Positions 1 through 12,817 of a stretch of 64,000 bases of DNA are shown here, piece after piece. Location of the stretch: NCBI GenBank assembly GCA_965153355.1, contig OZ231126.1:3658001-3722000 (forward strand), read 5' to 3'. Below the pieces are notes generated by a model. It ran no database searches. It worked only from the letters and a program-made list of their open reading frames with translations, and had not been told where the DNA came from. The DNA is from Flaccisagitta enflata (lineage: Eukaryota). Numbering within the stretch: the stretch's first letter is position 1; the number at the start of each line of letters is the position of its first letter. Both the position numbers and the translations under genes were made by a program.

Positions 1-1684
1 AAATCACACATAACCCAGACAGCGCTTTTCCGCTCTCGTTAGACACGTCATATCTTCATATCTATCTAAGACATGGCTTTACATATGGATAGAAAAGCGA
101 ATAAAGAACACGAGGTAACTCCATTAACTCCGATGCCGAAAAGATCAGAATTTCCTATAAATTGATAAATAACAATATAACATTACTTGCAACGCGTTGT
201 TGGCGTATTGGCGTGTTTTTTCAATATTTGACAGGCGGCCGGAGAGTCGCCTTGCTAGGTAGAGCTGCCCGCCTCGGGTGATGCTCTGTCGTCAAACACA
301 CATGAGGCTGGGGTTCGTTCAATTATAGTCGTGCTAGGGTGCACGTAAAAACAAAGGGATAGAAAAGCATGTGAGCACGTATTGGCAAGGAACTAACGCC
401 AACAAACAAAGCTAGAATGTTGTTGAAAGTTGGTACACAGGTTAGTATTGCCCTAAAAATAACACTGACCAAGTTTCATCAACATCTGAGTTGTGGTTCT
501 CAAGTTTTTTAGGGTTGAGACAAACAACAAACAAACAAACAAACAAACGACTCACTACACGATCAAGGCTATGTTATAGTCCTCGACGTAAACTGATCGT
601 CGAGGACAGAAACAAACAAGAGTGATGTTGATCTCATCCTAACAAGTCTCCCAAACAGCAGTGGTCAGCGGTACCCATTGCCCCTAAGTTAGGACCCTAT
701 GCTTGGATGTAGTAGTGAGATCTCACGCGATCACCAGAGGGTCAGCGGCCACGAAGGAATGGATGACCTACGCTCGCCTATGCTTGGTTCGGATTGGAGC
801 AGGATCTGAGCCTGGAGCCTTAGATTTGAGCAGAGGCTGGGATTTGGGCCTGGAGGCTGGAATTTGCGTGTTCAGGTTGGGATTTGTGACGCCCAAAATT
901 TTCTGTTGTTCATGTATATGTCCAGCTTGACGCCATACTAAGGTAATCAATTTTGTACTACCATTTCTGAAAAACAGTGGCGTAGGACAACGGCGACAAC
1001 GTCGACAACGTATGACGACAACGACGACAACAACGACGAGCATGACTTTGGATTTCTTGACATTTTAATGCATTTCCCATTTGTCAGCTGCCAGCTGCAA
1101 TAATCGTGCAATCCTGCAATAGTTTTTGTTAAAAACTTTCCTCAACAATCCCACAAATAAACAAGGCCGGATACACGGCTACCCCAGTCGCGTGCGGGTG
1201 GGCAGGAGCTGTATTTGAGGTCACTTGATCATTTGGGCAGAAGCAGTGAGGCCAAAGACCGCGAAAACCCCAAAAACGTAAAATGTGATGGACAGACGGA
1301 CCGACGGACGGACCGACGGACGGACCGCCAAAGCGGGCTGTAGAGTCGCGTAGCATGCGACTAAAAATATGTTTTCTTAAAATATTTGCAGAATCACGTA
1401 AAAAGGATGAGTGTAAAAGCCACAAACTTATTCTCATGATATTGTCTTTGATGAAAAATTTTCTGAAGAAGAAGTAGAACACCGGCTAAATCAAAATTAA
1501 CACAAAAAGGCAAAAAAGGTGAGTTAACATCAACAAGCCTGTTACCGAGAGCAACGATGTGTTCCTTTTTCGCATTTTTTTAAGTAACAACAGATTATTC
1601 TTTCCAAGGCTCAAAGTTATTATTTTTAACTCATTTTGAAGCTCAATCCTTTGCTATGGTGTCATTTGATACTACACTATTTTA

Positions 1685-1999
1685 CAGGCCTGTATATTAT
1701 TGAGTTTTCCCCCCCCCCCCCCGTGGGGGGGGAAAAAATCAAAGGGTCTGGAGATGGGGAAGGAAACCAAAGGGGGAAAAAAGAGAAAAAAAGAAAATTT
1801 GGGGAAAATATAACTTTTGACAGTACTAAATCATAAAACCCAATTAGTAAAACACAATTTGACACTTTTTAAACCTTAACTACTTAGTTTTATTGCTCTA
1901 TGGGGAAGAAAATCATAGATATAAAAATGCTTCGCGGGGAAGAAAATCAAAGGCAGGGGGGGAAAAAAATCAAAAGCGACTCAATAATATACACCCCTG
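1685..1999. mobile_element. hAT-type MITE
   Basis: CAGG..CCTG termini, perfect 8-bp TSD CTATTTTA. Confidence 0.85.
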
Positions 2000-2116
2000 C
2001 TATTTTAACATTCTCGGATGTTATATTGATATACTTTTGAATACAAAGATAGATTTGATGGAATAATCATATAATTGTTACGGCCTGTTTCGCTGTGGGA
2101 AATGTATTGGTGCATA

Positions 2117-2689
2117 CAAAGCCCCCTGTAGCATGACACTAGTTGACCTGATATGATCGGCACAAACTAAAGTGTTTTCATGACCCTGATGGTGTATAGA
2201 AAACATATCTGAGAGAAATGAAATCTTTTTAGGGGCGCTTTCTAAGATATCTAAAAGAATAGTACTATTTTATTACATTTTTTACCATAAATCCTTGTAA
2301 TTTGTATTTTTTTTTTCGACAAATTTAAGAATAGATTTGATTTGATTTTCCGGTTTGTTGGATAAGTCACACTTTATACATTTGCAAAAGAAATAAAAAG
2401 TTATTTTTTAAAGTTTTTATTTCTTTTGCAAAAATAATTAGTGTGACATATCAAGCAAACCGGAAACGACAAATTGAGATCAGATCTGCACTCAAAATTA
2501 GAGAAAAACTCAACCACAAAGAGTTGTAATAAAAAATGTAGCAAAATAGTACTTTTTTTTAGATATTTCAAAAAAGCGTCCCAAAACAGATTTCATTTAT
2601 CTTAGGTGTTATTTGCACCATCAGGGACCACCATCCAAGTTGGTGCCAATCAATTTAAGTAAACTAGCATCACGCTCTGGGCGGCTGTG
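2117..2689. mobile_element. Foldback MITE, 4-bp TSD CATA (Chapaev-like)
   Basis: Long imperfect inverted repeat ending ..CTGTG; shares internal motifs with 62795-63422. Confidence 0.6.
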
Positions 2690-3207
2690 CATATAAACAT
2701 ATTTGCACTTTAGTTTTTGCTCACATTGTTTCATTTACACAAAGCCTCTAGCTATTTGCAATTTCGCAGATTTCAGTATTGTTTTATTCAACAACACTAG
2801 GGCCAATGACCTAAGCTTTCACACATCTTTTTGGACGTTAAATTTAGTAGTTCACCTTCGTCTGTACAGGTTTTGTCTTCTTTAACATTTTTCCTCCACA
2901 TTATTTAAATTCATACTTTTCAAAGCCCGGGAAAATGTTCGACAAGAAATTGGCCGTTGTGTTGATTTTTCTTCTCATCTCAGTCTTTATGGCTAAACGG
3001 TAAGATCAGCAGTAGGGTGGTCGGGGATAAATGTAAAATTACAAACAGTGACAAACACTGGTTCATTGTATATTTGTACCAAATTAGAAGGGATTCCCAT
3101 AAGGAAAGGTCTGAGTTTGAAGGTTAAATCATGTCGGCAACGCTGTAGGCTTCCTATAGCAATGAAAAAAATCCCCATAGTAAGTCTATGGTTTTGCCAA
3201 CAAGGTT

Positions 3208-3770
3208 CAGTAGATCTCGTCTAGACTTGAGATAATGGGGGCAAGCATTGTGGAAACACAAATGAAGCTAGGGGAGTGATATTTGAAACATAAACTAATA
3301 AAGGGATGGTTCATTGCCTATGATAGCTGGTTGCCATCGAAACGCATTTCTATGTATTTTTGCTAAAATATCAATATTTTGAGACTTTTTTTGAGGGAAC
3401 ATTCTTTAAAATTAAATTTGCTACAACTTTCCCACAGTATGTTCTATAAGAATGTCGCTCGTTTAGCGGTTGCTAGGGGTCGTCACACATAGATATGCTC
3501 CCTAGCAACGGCCAAATGAGCGATATTCTTACAGAACATACTGTGGAAAAGTTGTAGCAAATTTGATTTTAAGCAATGTTCCCTGAAAAAATCTCTCAAA
3601 ATATTTATATTTTAGCGAGAATACATTGAAATGTGTTTCCATGGCAACCAATTATCTTGGGGAATTAAACATCCTTTGATTAGTCTATAATCTAAATATC
3701 GCTCCCCTGCCTTCATTCGTCTTTCCACAATGCTTGCCCCCATTATCTCAAGTCTAGACGAGATCTACTG
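3208..3770. mobile_element. Foldback (almost wholly palindromic) MITE
   Basis: Perfect terminal inverted repeat of ~49 bp beginning CAGTAGATCTCGTCTAGAC; imperfect pairing continues to the centre at ~3490. Confidence 0.85.
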
Positions 3771-4424
3771 TTTCTTGGGCTAAAATTAGTTATAGATGTC
3801 TCATGAGGGGAAGTGAGGGGTAGTGAGGGGTAGCTAGGGGTGGTCAAAAAGTGAAGGGTGGTTTGAAATTATGTAGGGGTAGCGAGGGGTGGGAGGGGTA
3901 AAGCGAGGGGTGGGAGGGGTAAAGCGAGGAATGGGAGGGGTAAAACAAGGGGTGGGGTAAGGCGAGGGGTGGGGTGAGGGGTGGGGTGAAGGGTGGGGTG
4001 GGGTGAGGGGTGGTTCGAGGGGTAGTGAGGGGTAATGAGCTTTTAACTTGATAAAGCCCTTAATCTTAAACCTAACACAACCCCTAACCTTAAATCTAAC
4101 ACAACCCTTAGCCCTAAACCCAACACAACCCCTTACTCTAAACCCAACTCAACCCCTAACCCTAAACCCAATACAACCCCTAACCTTAAACCCAACACAA
4201 CCCCTAACCTTAACTTTAACATTTATATCCAGCTCTAACCTTATTTAAAAAAAACACTAAACCCAACACAACCCCTAACCCTAAACCCAATACAACCCCT
4301 AGCCCTAAACCCAACACAATCCCTAACCCTAAACCCAACACAGTCCCTAACCTTAACCTTAATATCCAGCGCTATTCCTAATTAAAAAAACACTAAACCT
4401 AACACAACCCCTAACCCTAAACCT

Positions 4425-5763
4425 AATGAATGAATGAGTGAATATATTTTGACAACAACAGGAATACAATTTATCATTGTAAGTGATGCGTTGGAGGATA
4501 GTCTATGAAAGTCCTAAGACTTTTTTTCCAATAGAGTCCTCATTACAACAAGAATTAAACGTAACAAAGATAAAACAATAAAATCAAATCATAAAATCGT
4601 AAATAAATACAATGTGAAAGCCGGGCCTAGATCGTGATTGATCAGTCATAGTGAGAAAAAAGGTGAGACTTCAATCTCTTTTTAAAGACACGCAAATCCT
4701 TCAAGTCTTTTAATTCGGGCGGCAGAGCATTCCATTCTTTAGATGCAAGAAAAGAAAAACTATTTTGAGCGAGTGCCAAATCACGGGAAAGTTGGTAGTT
4801 GTGCTCGCTTCCGCGAGTGTTGAGTGAGTGCGTCTGAGATACAAGAGTGAAACGTGACAACAGATAACTTGGTGCCGTTTTGTTGCATATTTTGAATAGG
4901 TGAATCATTCGAAAGTAGGTAATGCGATCTGGGATTGAAAGCCAGGATAACTTCAACAACTCTTGACTACCAACATGATCCCTAAAATCCATGCCTTGTA
5001 CAAAACGAACCATTTTGCGCTGAATCGTGTCAAGCCAGTTTTTAGTCGCGTGCTACGCGACTCTACACCCCGCTTTGTCGGTCCATCCGTCGGTCCATCC
5101 GTCCGTCGCTCCGTCCGTCTGTCCGTCCGTCACACTTTACTTTTTTGGGGTTTTTGCGGTTTTTGGCCCCACAGTTCCCACCCAAATGATGGAGTGACCG
5201 CAAATGGGGCCCCTGCCCACCCGCACGCGACTAGGGTAGCCGTGTATCCGGCCTTGTTCATAGAAACCGTGAGACCGCCATACCAGGCACTACAGCAATA
5301 GTCTATGTGTGGTTGAATAATGGCCGTGCACAAAAGTCGTCTACAGTGAAAGTCAAGATAGGCCGAATTCCGATAAAGAAAAGCAAGTCTTCCCGAGTAC
5401 GTTTTTAAAATGCCGCCAACATGCTCAGTACCTGACAAATTACCGTCAAGTTGGACACCAAGGTATTTGACGTTGGAGACTCGTTCAACAGCTGTCCCAT
5501 CACAAAAAACCTGAAAATTCCCCACCTTGCCCAATTTTCTCTTCTAACCGAAGAGCAAACACTCTGTTTTGCCGACGTGAAGGGACAACTTGTTGTCGAC
5601 CAACCAACGCTTGCAACTAGATAATTCTTTGCTTAATCGATCAGATATCACATTTGGGTCCTTGTGAGAAAAAAGCAAGGCCGAATCATCAGCATAGAGT
5701 GACAATTTACAGTTGACACTAGTGATCATGTTGTTTATGTATAAGAGAAAAAGTTGAGGACCC
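4425..5763 (-). mobile_element. 5'-truncated, decayed L2/Crack-like LINE (RT C-terminal half)
   Basis: GPQLFLLYINNM..LYADDSALL..KYLGVQLD..PHIDYCCSAW..FSFLASKEWNALP. In-frame stop at 5544, (TTCA)n tail at 4425-4443, interrupted by an insertion at 5041-5258. Confidence 0.85.
5041..5258 (+). mobile_element. Helentron/DINE-1-like non-autonomous element, family A (type copy)
   Basis: 5' hairpin AGTCGCGT-gct-ACGCGACT + CTACA, (GTCC)n core, subterminal inverted CACGCGACT, 3' hairpin GCCG-tgtatc-CGGC, T-run flanks. Other copies near 1160-1367, 8235-8664, 8684-8985, 25100-25311, 25612-26056, 26120-26272, 26868-27046, 30728-30866, 34089-34341, 34360-34698, 36721-36895, 37148-37345, 43840-43997, 44268-44482, 52845-53037, 55787-55977, 56226-56445, 59986-60154. 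Confidence 0.75.
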
Positions 5764-7116
5764 CTAACCTTAAACCCAACACAACCCCTAACCTTAACCT
5801 TAACATTTATGTCCAGCCCTAACCCTAACTAAAAAAACACAACCTTAACCTTTAATTTGAAATCATAACCCTGCATAAATAACCTGTATTAATAACCTGC
5901 ATAAATTAAGTGCCTTTGTGGGAAAGGGTTAGGGTCTGTTTTAAGTTAGTCCTAATAAGGTTTAACATTAAGGACTAAACATAAGTTAAGGGTTAGGGGT
6001 TGTGTTTGGTTTTGGGTTAGGGGTAGTGTTGAGTTTAAGGTTACAGGTAGTGTTGAGTTTAAGGTCAGGGGAAGTGTTTAGTTTAGGGGTAGTGTTGGTT
6101 GGGGTTAAGGGGTTGTGTTAGTTTAGGGTTAAGGGTTGTGTTAGGTTTAGGGTTAGGGGTAATGTTGAGTTTAGTGTTAAAGGTAGTATTGGGTTTAGGG
6201 TTAGGGTAATGTTGGGTTTAGGTTAAGGGATGTATTAGGTTTAGGGTTAGGGTGTGTTAGGTTTAGGGCTAGGTAATGTTGAGTTTAGGGTTAAGGGTTG
6301 TGTTGGGGTTAGGCAAATTTTAACTTTAAGGTAAAAGGTTTTGTTTTACCACGAATGAAATATTTTACTTGCTATGGGAAAAATGTCTATATATATATCT
6401 GCAAAATGTTTCTCTTCTCTAGGCTGTAAATTAAATGATAGCTGTGCATTTTCAGTTTGAACCACCACCCACCCCCACCACCACCCATTTTGGTTTTTTT
6501 AATTATGAAATTCCTTGAACTTTAAGGTATTGGAACTGCAATATATAAATGAGATTTTTGTACTTTTTGTAAACTAGCAATTTTATCAAATTTTTGAAGT
6601 ATAACAAAGAACCAAGGGGTAGACCCAGTGGTAGACCGAAGGGTAGACCGAGGGGTAGACATTTTCATTTTAGCTTAAATAATAGTCATGTATTTTTTAA
6701 ACAATTTCAGTTTGAACCACCACCCTCCCCTGCCACTACCCTTTTTGGTTTTTTGAATTATGAAATCCCTTGAACTTAAAGGTATTGTGACTGCAATATG
6801 TAAATGAGATTTTTGTACTTTTTGCAAACTAGCAATTTTATCAAATTTTTGAAGTATAAAAACCGAGGGGTGGGGTGAGGGGTGGGGGAGGGGGGGTGGG
6901 GTGAGGTGGGACCAAGGGGTGGACTGAGGGGAAACTGAGGGTAAACTGAGTGTGGGAGGTAAACTGAGGGTGGGAGGGTAAACCAAGGGTGGTCAATTTC
7001 AACAGTGGTGTGAGGGTGGGCGAGGTGGTCTCACCACCCTCGCCCCACCCCTCCCACCCCTCGCTACCCTACATGAGACATCTTTAACTAATTCGATCCG
7101 TTTCTTGTTTGATTTC

Positions 7117-7379
7117 CAGGCATGTATAAAGTTGAGAATTACCCCCCCCCCCCATGGGGGAAGGGAATAAAATTAAAGGGTTTGGAGATGGGGAAAAAAA
7201 TAGAAAGCTTGAAAAAAAAGAAACGCTTTTGGTAGTACTAAAAAATAAGATTTGATTACTACAACACAATGTATCAGTATTTAATACTTTGTGAGGCAGA
7301 AAATCATAGTTTGTAATGCAAGGAAGAAAATCAAAGGGGGGTAATGAAATCAAAGGCCTCTCAATTGTAAACACCCCTG
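7117..7379. mobile_element. hAT-type MITE (same family as 1685)
   Basis: Perfect 8-bp TSD TTGATTTC. Further copies at 32386-32713 (TSD TATTCTAG/TATTCCAG) and 35393-35732. Confidence 0.85.
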
Positions 7380-9995
7380 TTGATTTCACACCCAAGCTTG
7401 TGAGAGATCTTTGTGCAAAGAGTCAAAGTATATCCATTAAGCTGTATTGAAATGAGGTAAAGTGAATTCATCCATCTGCTGGCCCATTTTTATGACGGGT
7501 GTTGGTCATATGAATGGCAGGAAACTCGTTTTTTGGTGGTGGGATAACATTTTGGTACTCGCGATTTGACCACAATATGCAAATGAGATTCCTGCTGATT
7601 TTCGCGATTTTCCACTTCTCGGGATTGAAATAGGCCCATCAATTGGTTAAAAAAAATGTTTTTTGCGCTCTTCAGAATGATGTGGAGAGGGGCAAAAGGC
7701 TTGTTGGAGATCGATGGAAGCTGTCAGTGGTTGAAAATGTGGTCAAGGGGGGGGAGGAGGAGGAGGCGGCAGGAGAAATGAGGAATAGTCGCAAAAGCGT
7801 TAGATGGTCAGCGGTACCCGTTGCCCGTATGTGAGTGTATGTGGGTGTGAGGTGGTTAGAGGGGCAGCGGCCCCGAAGGGGTCGATGACCTATGCTGTTT
7901 GTGTTTGAGCCTCAAAGCTGGGATTTGGGCCGGGAGGCTGGTATTCGGGCCTCGAGGCTGGGATTTGAGCCTCAAGGCTGTGATATGAGCCTCGAGGCTG
8001 CGATATGAGCCTCGAGGCTGTGATATGAGCCTCGAGGCTGGGATTTGAGCCTTGAGGCTGGGATTTTAGCCTCGAGGCTGGGATTTGAGCCTCGAAGCTA
8101 AGATTTGGGCCTTGAGGGGGGGGGGGGTACACTGAAGGAGAAGGAGAAGGAGAAATTTCCCCATGTGTGAAAGCATAGGTCATCGGCCCCTTTGGGGCCG
8201 CTGCCCAAAAAGTGAAAAACTGCTTCCTAGTTAAACAAGGGCAGAGACTGGACTTCCCAAGTCGGGTGTAGGTTGGCAATGGTAGTGATAAATAAAGTTA
8301 CCAAGCATTTGTGCAGGGGCAGTGATGCAGAAAATGGACCAACAGTCTAATAAACGGGAAGACATGAAGGATTATACCCGCGTGCACGTGACTAGAAGTA
8401 TTGAATTTTCTAGCAAAATCGGCTGTGTAGAAGACTTGAGAGGCTTCTTGACTAACAGGGCCAACGCTCAAAAGTCGCTTGCGAGACATACATTTAGAAT
8501 GACTTAGAATGACTTAGAATGACGTAGTGTACCCTTAAATGACCGAAAATGACTTAGAGAAAAAAAAAGATTATAAAAGGAAAAGTGTGAAAGATCGACA
8601 GACAGACGGAGGGAAGGACGGACAGACAAAGTGGGGTAAAGAGTTGCGTGCACGCGACTAAAAATCACACAAAGAGAATCTGTTTTTAGTTGCGGACAAT
8701 TACCTCTTTAAGGACTGGACGGTCCAGCCCACCCGTCGGTCAGTCCATCAGTCCGCCCGTCAGTCCATCCATCAGTCCGCCTCTCTGTCCGTCCATCAGT
8801 CCATCTGTCAGTCCGTCAATCAGCCTGTTGGTCTGCGGGCCACTCTCATGTTAAAAGTGCGAAAATGCGCATTTATGAAGCTGCAGTTGGGTCGGTCTTT
8901 GTGAGTGGGGTGGGCGAGATTGTGAATGGGGGTTGTACTCCCCAGCCCACCCATCCTATACTATTTTTTGACCCTGCGTCGTTTACAGGCATTTTTATCT
9001 TTTTGTCTCCAGACATTGGTAAATCCGTCAGTCCCTACTGTACAGGACAGTTTTAAGTAATTAAGCTTTTTAGGTGCACCAAAGCACCTCTTTAACTGGT
9101 TTTAAATCAGAGTAATTTGATGCCTGTGGGGCCTGATTCAAGGTTGAACAGTCTTATGGGGATCCTTATCGGACGATTTCAGGCCATAGAGGGCAAATTT
9201 AAAGCTTTAAAGCAAGGACTTTGATTGATAAAACAATATTTTGGCCTAAAAAGATAGGATCTGAAAGAAGTTTACCGTTATGATTTTTCTGGGTGGGGTA
9301 GCCATCAGCAATTGAAAATTGTTTTCCAACTCAGGGCAGTGGCTAAAGCTCCGTTGAGTTCAAGGGGACCTTCAATTGTCCAGTTGTCGAGGGGGGAAGC
9401 AGGGCAGCGGCCCCAAAGGGGACAAAGTCCCGCAGAACACAGGGGAACTTTCGTTTGTTCGTTCATTTGTCTGCCAGTGCGTCTGTCCTTCCATGATTTG
9501 AAGCCCGAGTGGGTGGAGCAAGAGGGATAATCAGAGGCCTGAGAGGGCTTATAAGAGACTGGAGAGGTCTAATTTGAAGTCTAATAGTCGCAAAAGCGTC
9601 AGATGGTCAGCGGTACCCGTGCCCTGCCTGAGTAGGATGTGCTTAAAGTTGAAGGGGGAGCAGGGCAGCGGCCCCGACGGGGTCGATGACCTATGCTTTC
9701 ACACATATGGGGAATTTTCTCCTTCTCCTTCTCCTCCTCCTGTGATCTGGCCTCTTGGCTGAGATTTTGACCTTAAGGCTGAGATTTGGGCCTCAAGGCT
9801 GGGATCTCGGCCTCCAGGCTAGGATCTGGGCCTTTAGGCTAGGATTTAGGCCTCGAGACTAGGAGATGAGATGAGATGAGATGGTAGTACCCCTAGGCAG
9901 ACATGACGTCCGCATGGCGGGGACCTCTTATAGTTCGGTTGAGTCGTGAGAAAGCCGTCGTCTTTTCTCTTTTAGTTCCTCCGTGAAGTATGCGG

Positions 9996-12806
9996 CTAAG
10001 CATCACTGTCGTTAGGATTTTGCGACTTCCATTTGTCATACGCTGATTTGAACGCATTGACCGATTTTTGTTGCCGTACTTTGTCCGGGATTTGATTCCA
10101 GGTTTTCGCGGCTCTGACATTGTAGAAGTTGCGTCTGACTTCCAGTCGAGCATACTCTTCTTTCAGGACATTTTTTCTCCTAGTCTCGTTCCCCTCCTCG
10201 ATGGTCGTGTTCCGCCGTGTTGGCCTTGCCCCCTCCTCTTCAATAAGGAACCAATTTTCCTTATTGACGCGGTTAAAACCGTTCAAGGTTTTAAATGCCT
10301 CGATGGCGTCTCCGCGCTCCCTTCTTTCCTCCAACGTTGTTAATCCAGTTTTTTTTAATTTTTCTTCGTACGATCCGCCGTGGACGTCCGAGAGCAAGCG
10401 GACAAATCTCTCTTGCACTTTCTCAAGAGTTTTTTTGTCCCCTTCTTGCCATGGCCTCCATGCTTGGACCGCGAACTCCATTTTCGGTCTGACAAAGGAC
10501 TTGTACAACGGTACTAAGTTTTTTTTGCTTCGAAAGTGAAAGGACCTCTGAATTTGTCCCAAGGTGAAATTTGCAGCTCTCGCTGCCACTGCACATTGTT
10601 TTCCAGGTTTCATGGAACTTTCCATCCACACTCCGAGGTCCTTTTCTTCTTTTGACTCTCCAATCTGCTGTCCACCCATGAAGTAGCAGAATTTTTTATT
10701 ACTGTGGCCAACATGCATGATTTTGCATTTCTCCGCGTTGAATGACATTCCCCATTCAATAGACCATTCTTCCAATTGGTTAATCGTCTCCTGCATCTGC
10801 TTGGCGTCGTCTTCATTCTGTACAATTTTCGCCACCTTTGTGTCGTCGGCGAAAAGAAGGATTAGGACTTCTTTCACAATCTTGCAAATGTCATTGATGA
10901 AAATGTCAAAAAGAGTTCCGTCGAGGACGGAACCCTGAACCACGCTGCTGATCACTTCAATCCACTCTGAGAAGGCTTCCTCCACTTTCACCCGTTGTCG
11001 TCGCCCTCTCAACCAATCGCGCAGCCACTCAAGCAGCTTGCCTTTTATTCCAAACGCTTCCAACTTGATCATCAGCCGTTGATGACTGACCTTGTCAAAG
11101 GCCTTAGAAAAGTCCAAGTAGAGTACATCGTAGGGCTTTCCTTCGTCGATCCACTTCGTCGTTTGGTTGTTGAATTCCACGAGATTCGTCATGACCGACC
11201 GACCCGCTCTGAAGTCGTGCTGATAGTTCGATATCAACTGATTTTCTTCCACGTATTTTGTTAATTCTTCCTTAACAATCCTCTCCATCATTTTGCCCGT
11301 TACATCAGTCAGACTCACGGGCCTGTAGTTGCTTGGCTCCGATTTTTTTCCTTTTTTATAGATTGGAGTCACCTCTGCGTCTCTCCAGGCATCAGGGATT
11401 TTGCCGGTGTCCATCGATTCTCTGAACAGGATCTTAAGTGGTTCTGCAATTTCATTACGAATTTCCTTTAAGACTCTCGGTGGAATTCCGTCGGGTCCCG
11501 CCGCTGAATGCTCCTTTAAATTGTCAATTATCCGCATTACTGTCTCTTTCTCTATTTTCACGTCGCTAATCTCCGTTCCATTTGCCGTTGACTCGATGGT
11601 TGGCACTTCCCCTTCGTCCCGAGTAAACACCGACCCGTACTGTTCATTCAGTAACGTCGCTTGTTGTTTCGCGTCGGTTATGACTTTTTTATTTTTATCC
11701 ATCAGAGGCCCAATTTTACTCCGAGTCTTCTTCGCTCTATTGACAAACGCGTAAAACATCTTGGGATTGGTTTTACGACATTCTGCGATTTTTTTCTCGT
11801 GAGAATTCTTCTTTTTTCTTATCTTCTTCTTTACTTCCGCGACTTTCTTTCGATAGTCCGTTCTATCCTTCTCCTTCTTTGTCTCCTTCCACCTCTTCCA
11901 CGCTTCTTTCTTCTCTTTCAGACATCGCTTGATGTCCACGTCCATCCATGGGGGATTCTTTTTCGATCTCCTTTTTTTCATTGGAATATGTTCCTTCATC
12001 AACTCACAGACCGTCTCTTTTATAGAGTTCCACATTTCGTTTGCATCTTTCCCGCTTAACTCTTGATGCCAGTTCACCTTGGCCATCCCTCTCCGCATCT
12101 CTATAAAGTTGGCCCGTCCAAAATCCATAATCATTCTTTCTTCCTCTTTTTCCGCCGCCACTCTTATTTTGAACGTGATGAGATCATGATCGCTGCCTCC
12201 AATTCTTCCGTCAGTTTTCACTTCCGAGACTACCTCCTCTTTATCACAAAGGACAAGATCGAGCAAATTCCCGCTTGTATGTGTTGGCTCCGTCACATAC
12301 TGTTCCATGAATAATTCGTTTGTTGCTTCATAAAATCCTCGTCCTTTCTCGTTCGCAATTCCATTCGCCCAATCGATTCCCGGAAAGTTAAAGTCGCCGG
12401 TAAGAATGTTTGTGCCTCGCATCTCTTTTACCATCACACAAAGACCGTCATCATTGTCTTTCCTTGAATTGGGCGATCTATAAATCACGTGCAACTTTAC
12501 TTCTTTGCATCCGTTTTTTATTTCTATCGACACGTTTTGGTTGAAATCCGGGTTCTCGTCCAATTTTCGCGCATTGAGATTTTTTTCGATGTAAATTAAA
12601 ATTCCTCCTCCTCTCCCTTTTTCAGTGTCATTTCGGTCCGATCTCCCGATAATCTCATATCCGTCTACGTGCAGATATTCATTTCCGATTCCCCCATGAG
12701 TCCAGGTCTCCGTGATGGCCACAATATCCGGTTTATCCATTGCCATCCATGCTTTTAGTTCGTCCATTTTACTAACTATACTCTGCGCATTTGCCACCAT
12801 CACCAT
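9996..12806 (-). CDS. LINE ORF2: APE endonuclease + reverse transcriptase (~936 aa)
   Basis: APE motifs NAQSI, ITETW, GGGILIY, IYRSPN, GDFNFP, LDLVL, SDHDLI. RT motifs AGPDGI, NYRPVSLT, YLDFSKAFDKV, QGSVL, LFADDTK, EKDLGV. First plausible ATG is 12806, just after the ORF1 stop; the frame is open to 13010. Confidence 0.93.
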   Translation of the reverse strand: MVMVANAQSIVSKMDELKAWMAMDKPDIVAITETWTHGGIGNEYLHVDGYEIIGRSDRNDTEKGRGGGILIYIEKNLNARKLDENPDFNQNVSIEIKNGCKEVKLHVIYRSPNSRKDNDDGLCVMVKEMRGTNILTGDFNFPGIDWANGIANEKGRGFYEATNELFMEQYVTEPTHTSGNLLDLVLCDKEEVVSEVKTDGRIGGSDHDLITFKIRVAAEKEEERMIMDFGRANFIEMRRGMAKVNWHQELSGKDANEMWNSIKETVCELMKEHIPMKKRRSKKNPPWMDVDIKRCLKEKKEAWKRWKETKKEKDRTDYRKKVAEVKKKIRKKKNSHEKKIAECRKTNPKMFYAFVNRAKKTRSKIGPLMDKNKKVITDAKQQATLLNEQYGSVFTRDEGEVPTIESTANGTEISDVKIEKETVMRIIDNLKEHSAAGPDGIPPRVLKEIRNEIAEPLKILFRESMDTGKIPDAWRDAEVTPIYKKGKKSEPSNYRPVSLTDVTGKMMERIVKEELTKYVEENQLISNYQHDFRAGRSVMTNLVEFNNQTTKWIDEGKPYDVLYLDFSKAFDKVSHQRLMIKLEAFGIKGKLLEWLRDWLRGRRQRVKVEEAFSEWIEVISSVVQGSVLDGTLFDIFINDICKIVKEVLILLFADDTKVAKIVQNEDDAKQMQETINQLEEWSIEWGMSFNAEKCKIMHVGHSNKKFCYFMGGQQIGESKEEKDLGVWMESSMKPGKQCAVAARAANFTLGQIQRSFHFRSKKNLVPLYKSFVRPKMEFAVQAWRPWQEGDKKTLEKVQERFVRLLSDVHGGSYEEKLKKTGLTTLEERRERGDAIEAFKTLNGFNRVNKENWFLIEEEGARPTRRNTTIEEGNETRRKNVLKEEYARLEVRRNFYNVRAAKTWNQIPDKVRQQKSVNAFKSAYDKWKSQNPNDSDA

Positions 12807-12817
12807 GAGATCCTTTT

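Larger units (their letters stand above)
3778..7099. mobile_element. TIR element with 8-bp TSD (Merlin/Mutator-like), containing telomere-like 24-bp arrays and the L2-like insertion
   Basis: 28-bp TIR GGCTAAAATTAGTTATAGATGTCTCATG (4 mismatches with the right end), TSD GTTTCTTG at 3770-3777 and 7100-7107, internal direct duplication 6450-6604 / 6705-6860. Confidence 0.72.
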
